Origin: the human T2T-CHM13v2.0 reference genome, Homo sapiens
Assembly: GCF_009914755.1 (NCBI RefSeq)
Contig: NC_060941.1
Reading direction: 5' to 3' (one strand)
DNA length: 64,000 bases
Below the pieces are notes generated by a model. It was not told the DNA's origin and searched no databases. It worked only from the letters and a program-made list of their open reading frames with translations. This document shows, piece after piece, positions 1 through 14,459 of this stretch. A program made the position numbers and the translations under genes. Position 1 is the stretch's first letter, and every line of letters begins with the position of its first letter.

Positions 1-160
1 TTGTGTACACAAGCCAGTATTTCTCTAGGATGGATACCTGAAAAGGAACTATCTGCTTCAAAGGATTTGCATATTTTTAGTTTCAATAGAAACTGCCAAA
101 TTGCTAAAGAAAGAAGCCATACCAACTTATACTTGCATCAACAATATATAGGTTCTGATC
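1..160 (-). mobile_element. Old L1 (L1M-type) 3' ORF2 fragment, truncated by the window edge
   Basis: Degenerate match to the antisense L1 motif '...ttttagtttcaatagaaactgccaaattgct...accaacttatacttgcatcaacaat'. Confidence 0.65.
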
Positions 161-488
161 TTTTTTTTGTTAAGAAATGTTGATGACTTATAGATTGAAG
201 AATTTTATATTAACAGACGTGCAATATTGGCTTATTATGAGGTTGCCTCGGCACTTGCCTGATTGCAGAGAAGGATGATCCTTTATTGCCTGCCAGTAGG
301 TTTCACCATGGTGTTCATTAGCCACAGGCCCTGGCCCCTCCCAGGAAGACCTCTTTCAATATTGACAGGGGGGGATTTTTTGTTCCTTTAGTGAGCAGTG
401 ACCTCTAGCTGTTGTGCACTGCCTTTTTGAGAGTCACAATCCCCCGGCCAGACCACCCAGAATTGTAGGCGTAATAGCAGTGGTACGT

Positions 489-692
489 TAGGACCAGGGG
501 AAGACGAGGGAAGAGCTCACCTTGGGGATGCCAAAAATTCAATTATCAAGATAGATATGTAGGATCAAATGCAGTATTTTTGAAAATCAAAATTAATGCA
601 AAAAGTCCACAATTTTAATACAAAATTTCAAATAGACAGGATTGGTATTAGTGATTTTTTCAGTGGCCTCAGGCTCCAGTAGGATTCTGCAA
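489..692. mobile_element. Old non-autonomous hAT-type DNA transposon fragment (family uncertain)
   Basis: AT-rich core 'aaaatcaaaattaatgcaaaaagtcca...gacaggattggtattagtgatttttt...gcctcaggctcca' resembles a recalled MER-class consensus. Confidence 0.45.
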
Positions 693-743
693 TAGTCCAG
701 AACAACAGTCATCTGTCATTTTAAGCAGATCTGGGAGACTCGT

Positions 744-756
744 AGACAGACAGACA

Positions 757-795
<39 letters not shown>
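744..795. repeat. (GACA)n(CA)n microsatellite
   Basis: Read directly from the sequence. Confidence 0.97.
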
Positions 796-797
<2 letters not shown>

Positions 798-799
798 CT

Positions 800-872
800 T
801 AAAATCCCTGCTTGCCTGTGTGGCCTTGGGGAAATTGCTGAACCTCTCTGAGACTCAGTTTCATTATTTGTG
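800..872 (+). mobile_element. MIR fragment
   Basis: MIR core 'tgtgtggccttggggaaattgctgaacctctctgagactcagtttcatt'. Confidence 0.75.
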
Positions 873-1059
873 AGTTGTCAAGGAGTTTTCAATAAGCATC
901 CCCCACCACCTGTACTAGTGCTTGTGCTATTGTTAGGCACCAATGCAACCCTACTGGCTGCTGGTTCTTCTATGATCCTTGAGCCTGGTTTGGCCTCTTA
1001 CCTATTTCCTGGTGACCAAGTGACCCCTTTATAGACTGGAGATTGTTAATAGGAGGGAA

Positions 1060-1250
1060 TGAATATTTACTGGGACTTTTTTTAAACTACACTGTGGGAT
1101 GGGTACTTCCATGCATTATCTCAGTTAATCTGCATAGCAACCCTTCAGATATATAGATGAGAAAACTCAAGTTCAGAGAAGTTAAATGACTTGCCCTCAG
1201 TCACAGAGCAAGCCAGTGGCTGAGCGGGGCTCTGGAACCAGATCTTGTAT
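1060..1250 (-). mobile_element. MIR
   Basis: Antisense core 'agatgagaaaactcaagttcagagaagttaaatgacttgccctcagtcacagagc'. Confidence 0.85.
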
Positions 1251-2259
1251 ATGTAAGTATATAGTCTAACGTTTACTTCTCTCTGGGCTGTGTCAGTAGA
1301 AGCAAGAGAAAAGAGCCTGCTACATCTGAATACAGACCTCAAGGGCAAATGCTCCCTCCCAACTGTGTATCCGAATTAAAAACAGCAAGTTTTGTTCCTG
1401 ACTCAGCCCAAACCTACTACCTTCAGAGGTGCTTGTTTCTCTTGTCCAAACCCCAGGATGCCTGTGATTTCCTCTCCTAAAGCAGATGACCGTTGGCCCA
1501 GCCTCTCCTCACTGCCTCCCACCTCCCCAACCCCACACCACTCACTCCACCCAGATGACACCCCCTTATCCCTCCTGACATCAAGGTGGACAGTAAAACA
1601 ACACAGTTCCATTTACCTTCACCCTAGCCCGCCCCCGGCTCAGTCACCCCACTCTCTGGGCCTTTCTGCCAAGCTCTCCAGGCAGCCACATGCACAAGAG
1701 AAGGCTGAGGGTGGGCCAGGCTGTGCAGAATGAGGGTTTTCAGAAGCGCTCTTGGCTCCTGCACTTAGAACCTTTGGAGACCTCTGGAGGTTCAGCAGCT
1801 ACGTGCTCCTCTCTGCTTGGCCCAAAGGGGTGAAGGCCACCTGGCCATGCCAGGCCGGGCCAACATGGCGACATGGCCCCTGGGGAAGTGAGAGAGGGGG
1901 CTGGAAGGAGGAATTCCCTTCCCAGAGTCACACCATGGTTAGATTCTATTCCAAGAACCTGCCTCTGCCATCCCTGTCTTCTTCCCAGCTTAACTTCCCT
2001 AATGGTGTATGTCACTGAGGGGAGAATCACGGCTGGCTTTCTCTATGAATTCGCAAATCATCTTGTTGTCATCACTGGGTAGGGGAAGGCTGTGGTGGGG
2101 AGGGGCCAAAATCAATAACCCCATTTTCTGTCACCTGCCCCTTCTTCACTCCCCTCACCACCCAGGGCCAGGAGCCTCAGTTCACACAAATGTCATTTGT
2201 CCAACCTGCCAGATCTTAGCATTGACATGCCCTCTAGTGGATTTAGAAAAACAACAAAG

Positions 2260-2260
<1 letters not shown>

Positions 2261-2290
<30 letters not shown>
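2261..2290. repeat. (CA)15 microsatellite
   Basis: Read directly from the sequence. Confidence 0.97.
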
Positions 2291-2293
<3 letters not shown>

Positions 2294-2768
2294 GAGGCAC
2301 ACCCACACCAAACAATGGTCAATTAATTCCGGCTGTGTCCACAAGGCCCTGATGCCAAAGCAATGCCATTCAAGGAAGCCCCTCAGCCCAGCCCAAGCTG
2401 CCACACGACAGCAGAGTCCACGGAGCACAGCTTCCGGGTCCTGACCAGCAGCCTGGGGTGTTTGGGGCCAACCTTTGCCATTAACAGGAATGGTACCCAG
2501 GGCCTGGTTATTGTGGCCCATGCTGGACGTGGGGACCCTCCCCACTTTTCTCTCCCAAGCTTTCTGTGCCTGGAGCGCCTAGAACACTCAAGACTCAACT
2601 CCAGCATCTTCCTTCCAACAGCAGTCCTTCCAGGCACCCCCCGCCCTTTTCCTAATAGACACAAATCTTCTTTATGCCCAGTCCTGTTTCCTCCAACCAT
2701 GTGTCCCTGCGTACTGGCTTCTGGTGGTGCTCCTGTGTCTGTGGATAGCTCCCTGTTACGGTCTATCT

Positions 2769-2985
2769 CAGGGTTTCTCACCCTCTGCATCATGGACATT
2801 TTGGTCCGAATCATTCTTTATTGCAGGGGGGCCATCCTGTGTATTGTGTGATGTTTAGCTGCATCCCTGGCCTCTACTCACTAGATGCAAGTAGCACTCC
2901 TCCATTTGTGACAACCAAAAATATTTCCAAATGTCTCCAGGTGGGTGGGAGGGAGCAAAATCCTCCCACAGTTGACATATACCGG
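2769..2985 (-). mobile_element. MER20 (hAT-Charlie non-autonomous DNA transposon)
   Basis: Near full-length match: 'cagggtttctca...gcatccctggcctctactcactagatgcaagtagca...tgtgacaaccaaaaat...gcaaaatcctccc'. Confidence 0.9.
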
Positions 2986-3349
2986 CCTATCTGTGGAAGT
3001 CATTGTGGACCAGAGGTAGGATCTGAGGGTGCAGGAAGCCCTCCTCCTCATCTATGTGATTAGTGTCTTTAGGGCTGAGAAGGCCTCTTAGGCTTCAGAG
3101 GGTCCTATTGAAGGGCATTTCCCCAGGCAGGGTCAATCGCAGGGGCTGCTGCATTCCACCTGTCTGGCAGGATAAGGCATGGCATGTGGGGTGTGTGAAG
3201 CTGAGGATACGGAAGAGGCAGGGGCAGAGAGGGATGTTGGAAACAGGGAGATGCTGAGGTTGGTGGTTACTGAGTTCCACACACTACAACATGACTTAGC
3301 TTATCCCCTATTTCATTTCATCCTTAGAGGGTCCCAATAATCAACAACA

Positions 3350-3480
3350 ACAACCTGGAGGCCTCACCATGTGCCAGACATGATGTTAACGCTACTTTCC
3401 CTGAGGAAGAAATGTATGTGAACCTCATTTTACAGATGAGGAAAGTAAGACTTGGGGAAGGTGGGTCACTTGCCCAAAGA
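3350..3480 (-). mobile_element. MIR fragment
   Basis: 'cattttacagatgaggaaagtaagact...cacttgcccaa'. Confidence 0.75.
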
Positions 3481-4627
3481 GCCAACGCTGAGGCCCCCAC
3501 CTGTCCTACGACTCTCCAAAATGTGTCACCAGAATGCTAAATGCACTGAGGGTAGGTGTCTCCCCAGGTGTGAAATCAGGTAAGTCCTTGACCTAATTTC
3601 AGATTCTGCTTCAGTGCTGACCCAGCTGGGGCACTAAACTCAGGGTAACCTAGATTAATTATGTGTCTGTTATCCAGTTACTTAGTAAATGCTTTTTGGC
3701 TGTTTCTTTCACACAGACTCCATGAGCCCAGGACACTGCCCCCCACCCACTACCCCAGCAAGGACTCTCTCATTTCTCTGGCTTGTCCCCAGGGTGTCCA
3801 GCTCCCCGCTGCTCCATGGACCTGATGGACCAGACTGGATGCCCAGGAGAATGACGGGGGGGCCAAATCCTGTCCTCCGCACAGCCTGCTGCCTCCTCAG
3901 GTGGGATCCACAGGCAGCACTGCCAGAAGGGCAGGACACTGAGCCAGGTGCCAAGGGGCCTGGGGCCACATTTGGCTGAGTGACCTTAGCCAAGTCATTC
4001 TCCTCCTGGACCTCAGCCAGCCAGCCAAAACCCAGCCCCCACCCTCTAACTCTCCCAGAGATGTGCAAAGTAAATGGTTACCCAGCACTGCTCATAACGT
4101 CATACGGTGGGGAGAGGATGGGAGACAACTCATACAAGTTCCCTTCCCCCCATCTTCCCAGTCCACCCCAACTCACCCATTTCAACAAAAATCAGCCACA
4201 TCAGAGCTTCCGAGACACCCTGCCCAGAGAAGGAGGCCAGGATTGCCAACCCAAGCAGCTGCTCCTCTGCAGGTTGGCTTTGAATGTGAACTTTCTTCCT
4301 TTTGGAACCTTGGCCAAAAACAGGTGGGGACAGGCGGCTCTGAGAAGACCCTAGAGGGAGGGCACTCACTCCCTTCAGCATACCTATTCCGCATTTGAGA
4401 AACCACACATAGGACGTGATTTATCATCCAGTATAACTCCAATAAAAATACACCAACTTCCAAAGAGGAGGGAGATGCAATTGTGAGGTTTCTCACCCTG
4501 CAAATCTTTTTCTTGGCTTTTCACCCACCTGCCTCTACTTGTCCCAAGAAGATGAGCACCAGGAGGTGGGGATGGGTGGGGCTTAGGCCAGACCCAGTGG
4601 GAAGGCTACAGAAGAATCCAAGGGCAC

Positions 4628-5005
4628 TGTCTTAGTCCATTCAGGCTGCTATAACAAAATGTCATACACGAACGTTGCTTACAAGCAACAGAAATTTATT
4701 TCTCAACAGTTCTGGAGGCTGCGAAGTCCAAGATCAAAATACTGGCAGATTCAGTACCTGGTGAGGGCTCATTCATTATTGAGGTCCATATTCTCACTGC
4801 GCCCTTTAGAGTGGAAAAGGTGAGGGCTCTTTTTAGGGCCCATTTTATAAATGCACTAATCCCATTACAAGGTCACTAATCCCATGAGGGTGGAGCCCTT
4901 GTGACCTAATCATCTCCCAAAGACCCCACCTACTAATACCATCTTCCTGGGGTTTAGGATTTCAACACATGAATTTGGTGGGGCCACAAACATTCAGACC
5001 AGAGT
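4628..5005 (-). mobile_element. MaLR solo LTR (MLT1A-type)
   Basis: 'tgtcttagtccattcaggctgctataacaaa...cagttctggaggctg...gatttcaacacatgaattt...caaacattcagacc'; about 375 bp. Confidence 0.88.
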
Positions 5006-5189
5006 AGACACTGCCATTGCTTTGCAGAGAGATGTGAATATGGTGTTCAGGTTCTTCCAATCAGAGACAAAGCCCGGGGGCACTGTGGCTTCTGCATCCC
5101 TCCCACAACACCACCCACCCAGGAGGGATCCAGCTGCAGCACCTCCATGCCCACCCCCAACCGGTGCCCAGGCAGGCTGTGGAGTTGAT

Positions 5190-5390
5190 GGGCACAGAAC
5201 ATGAGCTCTAAAGTCAGAACCACCTCAGCTTGAATCTAGGCTCCTCCACGAAACTCCCTGCATGATCTCAGGCTTGTCGTTTCATCTCCTCCCATATCCT
5301 ATGTAAGAATCCTGTCACGAAAGATGCTTGGAGAATGAGATGAGATGCTTCAAGTAAAATGTAGGGTAGCCAGCACAAGGCTAAGACAGG
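5190..5390 (+). mobile_element. MIR (degenerate)
   Basis: 'agaacatgagctctaaagtcag...ttgaatctaggctc...agaatgagatgagatg'. Confidence 0.55.
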
Positions 5391-5710
5391 TCGTCTTCTC
5401 TTGCCAAATAGACATCCCTTGAGTAAAGAGATGAGGTAGGGGGCTGAGGGGCCAGTGAGCCCCCCAACATCATACTGTAATATCCCAGAGGGAGAAAAAC
5501 AATAATGGTAAGAAATGAAGTAGGACTATCAAAAGCAGGTGAAATTTATTACTCTTTTGATGCTGTACTGTTAAAAGTCACAAATCTCCACTCAAGAGAG
5601 ACTGTGAAAACAATGAAAAATGATGAGATAATAAATGTCAGCCCAAGACAAGAACTATCATTTACAAGACCAGACCATCCTGAGCCCATTCCACACTCTG
5701 GGAGTTCTTT

Positions 5711-5870
5711 CTTTAACAAAATTATACAAGGGGGATATATAACATTGTAATTCTTTATATCCTTAACCCTATAAACCACTCCCCTTCCCAGCTAACACCC
5801 CCAGCCCTGACCTTACCCCAATCTAGTATCTTCAGACCCATTTATTTATTTATCTATGTATTTATGTATG
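5711..5870 (+). repeat. Local duplicated unit A, copy 1
   Basis: Aligns by eye to 7843-8005 at roughly 80% identity. Confidence 0.9.
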
Positions 5871-6153
5871 TGTTTATTTGTTATGTTTTATTTATTTCCA
5901 GGGCTGCTTCTTTCTTTGTGTACATCCTGGCAAGACACCGCTTAGTTTGAATAAACTCTGAGCTCTGAGAAATGTGGAGGTGATTCCCGAACCCAATGTC
6001 CTAAGCCTGCCAAGGATGCGAACACGGAGCCTACTTCCTCCCCTCAGCTCCCATCTCCAACACACAGAGATCCAGCCTGGGCTGGGGGCACAGAGAGACA
6101 TGCCAATAAAGGAATCAGGCTGTGGCAAAGAAAGAATTAAGCCAACACTGAAA

Positions 6154-6203
6154 TACACACACACACACGTGCACACGCACATACACACACACACACACAC
6201 ACA
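6154..6203. repeat. Interrupted (CA)n microsatellite
   Basis: Read directly from the sequence. Confidence 0.93.
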
Positions 6204-7506
6204 TGTGTTTGGGCCACCTGGCTTCCTGCTCCCAGTGCTGCAGCCATCTGGACAGTGGAGAGAGAGAAATCCAGGAAAGGCTATTCCTGGCTGGGAGATT
6301 CTGAGAATCACACTGTAAGGCGATCCCGGGGCTCAAGCTTCGGTGGCAGGAGGGGAGCCACTTCAAGATAAGGCAACACGGGGAGTGGGGAGAATGATCT
6401 GTTCCATGCGGACAGCACAGTCCCATCCCTATGAGGCACGCGGGCTGTGGGGGCTGCCCATGGGAGCCAGATTTCACTCTGCCCTCCATGAATTCCCACC
6501 CCAATGAGAAACACATGGAGTTAAACTTTAGTGTCCTCTGCTGCAAAGTGGGGAGGGTCAATAATTTTCAAGGGACAAGAGACTCAGTAGTTTCTCCCAG
6601 CTTTATGTCTTGCTCCACATAATCAAGGTGTACACAACGATAGATCTTGTCTTAATTTCAATTTATTTTACTTTATTTAGTTTTTTTTCCAATTAAGAGC
6701 TCAAGCACCCAATGCCTCAACAACAGAGGTTCAGTATCTCATTCTTGAGAACCACCCCCAACTCCAATTTGCTCTAAAATACTGAGAACTTACTCAAACC
6801 AGAGTGCCTAGTCTCCATCTAAACTTGCAAGCCAAAGACTCCTAGGATTTGGTCAGTTCATCATTACTTTTAGTTCCCACAGCCCAGTGGTGTGGTTACT
6901 GGGGATGGATCCACAGTTAGAAAATGTCCTTGTTGGTTCAGACCCCTGCTCACATTACTATGATGCACCAAGATAATTCTTTGTAGTTCACATTCCCTCC
7001 CCAGTATTGTCTAGAGCCAACCACTGTGTTGGGAAACTTGGAACACACATGTTTCTAGCAGTGCCAGCAACAAGCCTTGCTAGACCAGCCCTCCCTGGGA
7101 AACTTGAAGCCATGTGGTGACCCCAGGCCCCAGGAAAAACGCTCTGCTTTCTTAAAATAATTTTATTTTAAGGAGTTTGCCCCCTATCTATCTGGCCACT
7201 GGAACTTGGTTGGAACAACTTCACTTTGAACTAAGGGGAACAGAGGATGGCATGTCTGTTCTTTTCCTTCTCTGAAGGCCATGGACCCTTAGGAAATTGA
7301 TGCCTTTCCTCCCAGCAATCAGATCTGCATACAGAGGAACCCCAGGTCTTATTATCGCCTTGTCCAGAATAATGAGTGCCTACTTGCTTATATTTGTATA
7401 GATAGAAGGAGGAAATTTTCAAGTGCCTGTCCCCTAAATAGTGATGGGCTGAGCCAAGATAATTTGTAGGTAGTTTCTAGGAATAAATTTAGACAGTCTG
7501 GCATAA

Positions 7507-7809
<303 letters not shown>

Positions 7810-7842
7810 AGTCTGGCATAATTCCTAATGCCCCTTCCTCTC

Positions 7843-8005
7843 CTTTAACAAAATTATACAATCGGGCTATATAATATTGCAATTCTCTGTGTCCCTAATC
7901 TAGTAAATCATCCCCTTCCCAGCTAACTCCCCCAGCCCTGCTCTTATCCTAACCTAGTATCTTTGGAGCTATCCACTTATTTATTCATGTATTGATGTGT
8001 TTTCC
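7843..8005 (+). repeat. Local duplicated unit A, copy 2
   Basis: Aligns to 5711-5870: 'ctttaacaaaattatacaa...tccccttcccagctaac.cccccagccctg...ctagtatctt'. Confidence 0.9.
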
Positions 8006-8182
8006 AAGGAGGTAAGGCCAGTGTTCCCAAGTCATAGTGACTCTCAGATCCATCCTTTTAAAACTAATTCAAATGCTACCTCCACCATTGTCCTGGAAGA
8101 AGTAATCGTGACCCACCACAAACTCCCTCAGCAACAATATTCATCTGCCATAACAGAATTCTACAGACCGGATGGCTTAAAC

Positions 8183-9125
8183 CAGGGGTCCCCAACCCCT
8201 GGGTCATGAACCAGTACCAGTCTGTGGCCTGTTAGGAACCAGGCCACACAGCTGGAGGTGAGTGGTAGGCAAGCTTCATCTGTATTTACAGCCACTCCCC
8301 ATTGCTCACATTACCACCTGAGCTCCACCTCCTATCAGATCAGTGGTGGCACTAGCTTCTCATAGGAAACACAAACCCTATTGTGAATTGTGCATGCAAG
8401 GAATCTAGGTTGCACACTCCTTATAAGAATCTAATGCCTGATTATCTGAGGTGGAGCTGAAGCAGTAATGCTTATGCTGGGGAGTGGCTGCAAATACAGA
8501 TTAACATTAGCAGAGAGGTTTGACTGGACAGAGATCATAATAAATCAGTTGCTTGCAGACTCATATCAAAACTCTATCCGTGAGTGGCATGTGACAATTA
8601 AGCTGCAGCATCTCGTGGCAGGCTTTATAGTGGCAAGTGAGTTGATGTACTTCAACTGTACAGCTGCAGCTGGTGCCCTTAAAGGTATGTTTAAGACAAC
8701 TTCAAATCTCTATACATTCTGGATTAAAGTCAAGGCAGAGTATCCTGAGATTGCCACAAAAGTGCTGAAAAGCCTGCTTTCATTTCCTACATCCTATCTT
8801 TGTAAAGCAGGGTTTTCTGCAGTGATAGCAAACAAAATGAGATTATAAGCAACACACTTCAGGTGATACTATCTCCCATCACCCCCAGAGGGGAACATCT
8901 AGTTGCAGGAAAACAAACTCAGGGCTCCCACTGATTCTACATTATGGTGAGTTGTATAATTATTTCATTATATATTACAACGTAATAATAATAGAAGTAA
9001 AGTGCACCATAAATGTCATGTACTTGAATCATCTCAAAACCATCTCCCCAATCCCCACCCCTGGTCTTGGAAGAATTGTCTTCCAAGAAACCGGTCCCCT
9101 GTGTCAAAAAGGCTGGGGACTCTTA
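8183..9125 (+). mobile_element. MER1/Charlie3-type hAT DNA transposon, internally deleted, with a transposase C-terminal remnant
   Basis: Termini caggggtccccaacc and ggctggggactctta; perfect 8-bp TSD gcttaaac (8175-8182, 9126-9133); ORF 8468-8848 contains the hAT dimerisation motif 'FWIKVKAEYPEIATKVLKSLLSFPTSYLCKAGFS'. Confidence 0.92.
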
Positions 9126-9290
9126 GCTTAAACACCAGAAATTTATTTTCTCACAGTTCTGGAGGCTGGAAGTCAGAGATCAAGGTGACAGCAGGGTTGG
9201 TTTCTTCTGAGGTGTCTCTCCTTGACTTGAAGACGGCCGTCTTCTCCCTGTATCTTCACTCTGTGCCTGTCTGTGTCCCAATTTCCTCTT

Positions 9291-9648
<358 letters not shown>

Positions 9649-9949
9649 TAAATACAGTCACATTCTAAGTTCCTGCGAGTAGGACTTCCTCATATGAATT
9701 TGGTGAGATACGCAATTCTACATGTAACTGCAATCTATCCATTGCTCACTAGAATGAAAATCCAGGAGGACAGGGGTTTGTGCCCAGCACATGGTAGGGG
9801 CTCAGTAACTATTTTTTTTAAATGAATGCATCTCTGGGGGGTTCTTATTACTTTGTACCTTGTAATGTAGGTGTAACCTCCACTATCTGCAGGATGCTTT
9901 CATGCAGGGCTTTTGTGAGGTAGCTATCACAGACCCTAGTACTGGGCTT

Positions 9950-10180
9950 TGGTCAGATGAACTAGGAGAAGATGCCTTTGTAAAAAGAAAACCTGGACTC
10001 AACTTCCCTCCTTTGCTAGTTCCTGGCTATATGCCTCTGAGCCATTCACTCCATCCCTCCAAGCCTCAGCTTCCCTTCTGTGAACCTGACATAACAATGC
10101 CTGCCTCACAGGCTTCTTCAGAGATCTGGCTGAGATCACTGTGTGAAGGCCTTCTGTAAACTCTAAAGTGTTCTTACGAA
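9950..10180 (+). mobile_element. MIR
   Basis: 'aagcctcagcttccccttctgtgaa...ataacaatgcctgcctcacagg'. Confidence 0.65.
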
Positions 10181-10217
10181 TGCTACCCATCATTCTCAGG
10201 CATTTTGCAGCAGATAC

Positions 10218-10747
10218 TTTTTCAGTTGCTGTGGCTACATAATAAATTACCCCCAAAACTTAGTGTCTTAAAACAATAATAACATTTATTTTACTCAGAA
10301 ATTGTAACTGGTCAGGACTCAGTGAGGTAGATCATCTCTGTTCCACTCAGGCACCCACCGAGGCAGCTCCAAGGCTGGGGACTGGAAGTGTAGGAAAATA
10401 TACTCACAGGTCAGGCAGTTGATGCTGCAGGTCAGCTAAGATCTTAGTGGACCCATTGGCCACAACACCCACATGTGGCCTCTCCATATGGCCTGGGCTT
10501 CCTCACACCATGGAGATCGGATTCCAAGATGGAGGCCACCGAGAACAAACCAGGGAAAGTCATACTGCGTTTTATGACCTGGCCTTGCAGCATCACTTCC
10601 ACAGCATGCTATTAATTAAGCATCACAAAGGTTCAAGGATGGGGAAAATAGGCTCAGCCTTTGGAGGGGAAATGGCAAGGTTCTGGAAGAATATGTGGGC
10701 CTGAAAATATTGCTGTGGCCATTTTTGGAGAAGACCATTTCCCATAG
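10218..10747 (-). mobile_element. MaLR LTR (MLT1H-like)
   Basis: 'ataaattacccccaaaacttagtgtcttaaaacaa...gtggcctctccatatggcctgggcttcctcacaccatgg...tggccatttttggag'. Confidence 0.8.
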
Positions 10748-10997
10748 TACTTGATACATTTTCTGAACAAATGAACCTTTCCTCACTGCCTTTCAGCATT
10801 GTTCAAGCCTCTCTCTACAAGTCTTTCATTGCACAGCCTCATGCTGTAGATCTTCTCTAGCTTCCTCATTCAAAATGTACCAGTCTCCATCCCAATCTAT
10901 CATAGCCCTGCCTTTTGCAAGAGAAGAGTTGGTGTAATAGATTAATAGATAAACCAATTTCTAACACAGTACTAGCTTAGCTAGAGGGCTCTTCTTA

Positions 10998-11206
<209 letters not shown>

Positions 11207-11212
11207 CAAAAA

Positions 11213-11293
<81 letters not shown>

Positions 11294-11370
11294 GAAGAAA
11301 GAAAGAAAGAGAAGAAAAGAAAAGAAAGGGAAAGGAAAGGAAGAAAGAAAGAAAAGAAAGAGAGAGAAAG
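11207..11370. repeat. (GAAA)n purine-rich microsatellite
   Basis: Read directly from the sequence. Confidence 0.95.
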
Positions 11371-11738
11371 GCTGCCCCTCTTACACCACTAATGGATCCA
11401 GGAGGTCAACCCTTGGGAACTTCAGAGAGAGGAATGAACCAAATTGGGAGGGAGGAGGGAGGCAGAGTGGGTGACTGGTGAGTTTCTCACACCCTTCAGC
11501 CTTGAATCCCAGGCAGCCACCTGGCCCATGCATAGGTGAACCTCTTGCTCCCTACCCATCCACTCCTCCCTGCACTCTGCCCCCTGCCACTTTCCTCTGC
11601 TTAATCTTTGGTGATGGGTAAACCCTCCAGGCTTAGAAAGATAGTCTTCCAGCCTGAGTTAGTTGATTATGAACCTGGTGTCCTCAACCCATACTTCTTC
11701 ACCCCACTGTGGTTCCAGAGACTGGTAGGAGGACCTAG

Positions 11739-12184
<446 letters not shown>

Positions 12185-12383
12185 ATCCCTTCTGATTCAT
12201 CTGAATTTGTTCTCTGACTCATTAGGTCTGTGTTGTCCTTAATTACATTCTGCAACAATAATGAAATATCAGCGTCTTCATTTTTTATTATGTTCCTGCT
12301 GGTCATGAGGTTCCAGCTTATATCATGGAGCTCAAGGGGCAGCCACTGGAAAAGTCCACCCCCTGTTCTCTCTCTTTCTGTCT

Positions 12384-12638
12384 TACACACACGCACTTGT
12401 GCATACACTCACACGCTCCCTCGCACACACGCAAGTGCATACACTCACACTCCATCGTATGCACACACTCCCTCATATGCACACACAAGTGCACACACTC
12501 ACACACTCCCTCACACACACAGAAGGGCATACACTTACACACTCCCTCGCATGCACACACTCCCTCACATGCACACACAAGTGCATACACTCACACATTC
12601 CCTCACACACACACACAAGTGCACACACTCACATGCTC
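12384..12638. repeat. Degenerate CA-rich minisatellite (about 30-34 bp unit 'cacacacaagtgcatacactcacactccctc')
   Basis: Recurrent 'aagtgca(t/c)acactcacac' and 'ctccctc' blocks. Confidence 0.85.
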
Positions 12639-12639
12639 C

Positions 12640-13150
12640 CTTAGTTGACTTCTCACTGCCTCAAGGTAAAGCCCAAACTCCTTAACCTGACTTATGAACA
12701 GCTCTGAGGTCTTGTCCTGCGGGTGTCTCCAGCTTCATCTCTTGTCACTCTTCTTTCACGTTAAGACAGGCTGAGCTTCTTTTGGCTCCTTAAATGGTCT
12801 GTGTTCTCTCTTACCTTATTCATACAATTCCCTCCAACCAGAGCATTCTTTCCCTTTCCCCTCAATATTCAGCTCTCAGCTTGGAAGGCACTTTCCAGGA
12901 AAGCCTTTCTTGACCCTTCAGTAACATTAGTTATCTTGGCTTTATGTTCTCTTTATGCCCTGCATTTTCCTCTTGTAACTCTCAGCACAAACTACTGTAA
13001 TTACTTGATATAAGTTGTTTGTCTTCTTCCACCGCCCCCACCTTAAGTTTGGCAAGGGCAGAACTGTGTCTATGTCTGTCCTGTTTGTCACAGTATCCCC
13101 TAAGAACAGCATCAAGCGTGGCACACAGACAATGCTTGGATGAATGAAAC
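12640..13150 (+). mobile_element. L2 3' fragment
   Basis: 'aaagcccaaactccttaacctg...ttccaggaaagccttttcttgaccc...gggcagaactgtgtct...tggatgaatgaa'. Confidence 0.75.
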
Positions 13151-13187
13151 TGGAGGAGATATATCACTCCTAACCAGAATCACTGGC

Positions 13188-13622
13188 TGTCTTAGTCTGT
13201 TTGTGCTGCTCTAACAAAATATCTAAGACTGGGTAATTTATAAAGAACAGAAATGTATTTCTCACAGTTCTGGGGGCTGGGAAGTCCAAGACCAAGATAC
13301 CAGTGGGTTTGGTGTCTAGTAGGGGTCATGGGTCATGGTCTACACTTCCAAAATGGCGCCTTGAATGTTTTAGCCCTCTGAGGCAAGGCAGAAGAGTGGA
13401 AGAGCAAAGAGAGGGTGAGAGAGAGCAAGTGGGCTAAACTCATCCTTTTATAAGGAGCCCACTCCCATGATAATGGAACCCATTCCTGCAATAATGGCAT
13501 TAATCAATTCATGAGGGGAGAGCCCTCATGGCCGAAGCATCTCTCCTTAGGCTCCAACCCTCAGCATTGTTGCATTGGGGATTAAGTTTCCAAAGCATGC
13601 TTTATGGGGGACATATTATAGC
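13188..13622 (-). mobile_element. MaLR solo LTR (MST/MLT1A class)
   Basis: 'tgtcttagtctgtttgtgctgct...gactgggtaatttataaagaacag...ttgcattggggattaagtttcca'. Confidence 0.88.
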
Positions 13623-14459
13623 TGTGGCTTATCTCCTCAGTTCTGAACATCATCAGCACAGTTAAGTAAAGTTCAAAAACATCCTAGGTGCTATCGACCA
13701 AAGTGAAGGAATGGACAGGGGGAAAAGAAAGAGCAATCTGGGGAGAAGAAGGAGGGTGGTGAAGAAAGCAAGTGAAACAGGGTAAAGGCTGTGCACAGGG
13801 CACCCTTCTTCTCACACTGGAGTCCATGTGGCCCCAGGGTACATGCCAATATGCTTGGGAGTAACTAAAGCCACAGAATAAACAGGGCACATCTCAGAGG
13901 GTCTGTTTGGACAATATGTCATTTAAAAATTATTTTTAGATTTAAAAAAGATTTATTATAAAGTCAGATTTTAAAACCCACATTAATTTTTAAGGAAATA
14001 AATAAGACTTCAAAGACACTTCCTGTGTTTGTGGTAAGGTCTTTTCTCTACCCCTCTCCCTCACTCCCTTCCAGGGATAATCCATGTACCAAAATCTTGC
14101 CTTCTGGTTTTGGGGGTTTAAGAAGCCCTGCAATGAGGCCTGGGCCTCCTCACCACATGGTGACTGGATGGTAAGAAAGATGGAGCACGGAAAGAGAGAG
14201 CCAGGGAAAGCCATATTGCCTTTTCTGACCTGGCCTCACAGCATCACTTTCACTGTGTTCTATTAATCTCTAGGCCCTTTTCATCCCTTGAAGGTCAGAT
14301 GTTTGCAAAAGATAGAATAAGGAGAGACCATTTTACTTTCAGATGTTCTGTCACATTCCTTGACAATTCTAAGGCCTCAGTGTACCCATCTGAAGGCTGG
14401 ATGTAATGACAATCCTTTTGTGAAGAGCTCATGCTGAGCCTCAACCTTGCCAGGATGCT

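Noticed and set aside
6398-6420. Possible REST/RE1 site ('cggacagcac')
   Set aside because: Only the right half-site matches; the TTCAGCACC left half is absent.
8274-8500. Inverted repeat 8274-8330 versus 8448-8500
   Set aside because: As I recall this is an intrinsic feature of the MER1A/Charlie3 consensus, so it is not locus-specific.
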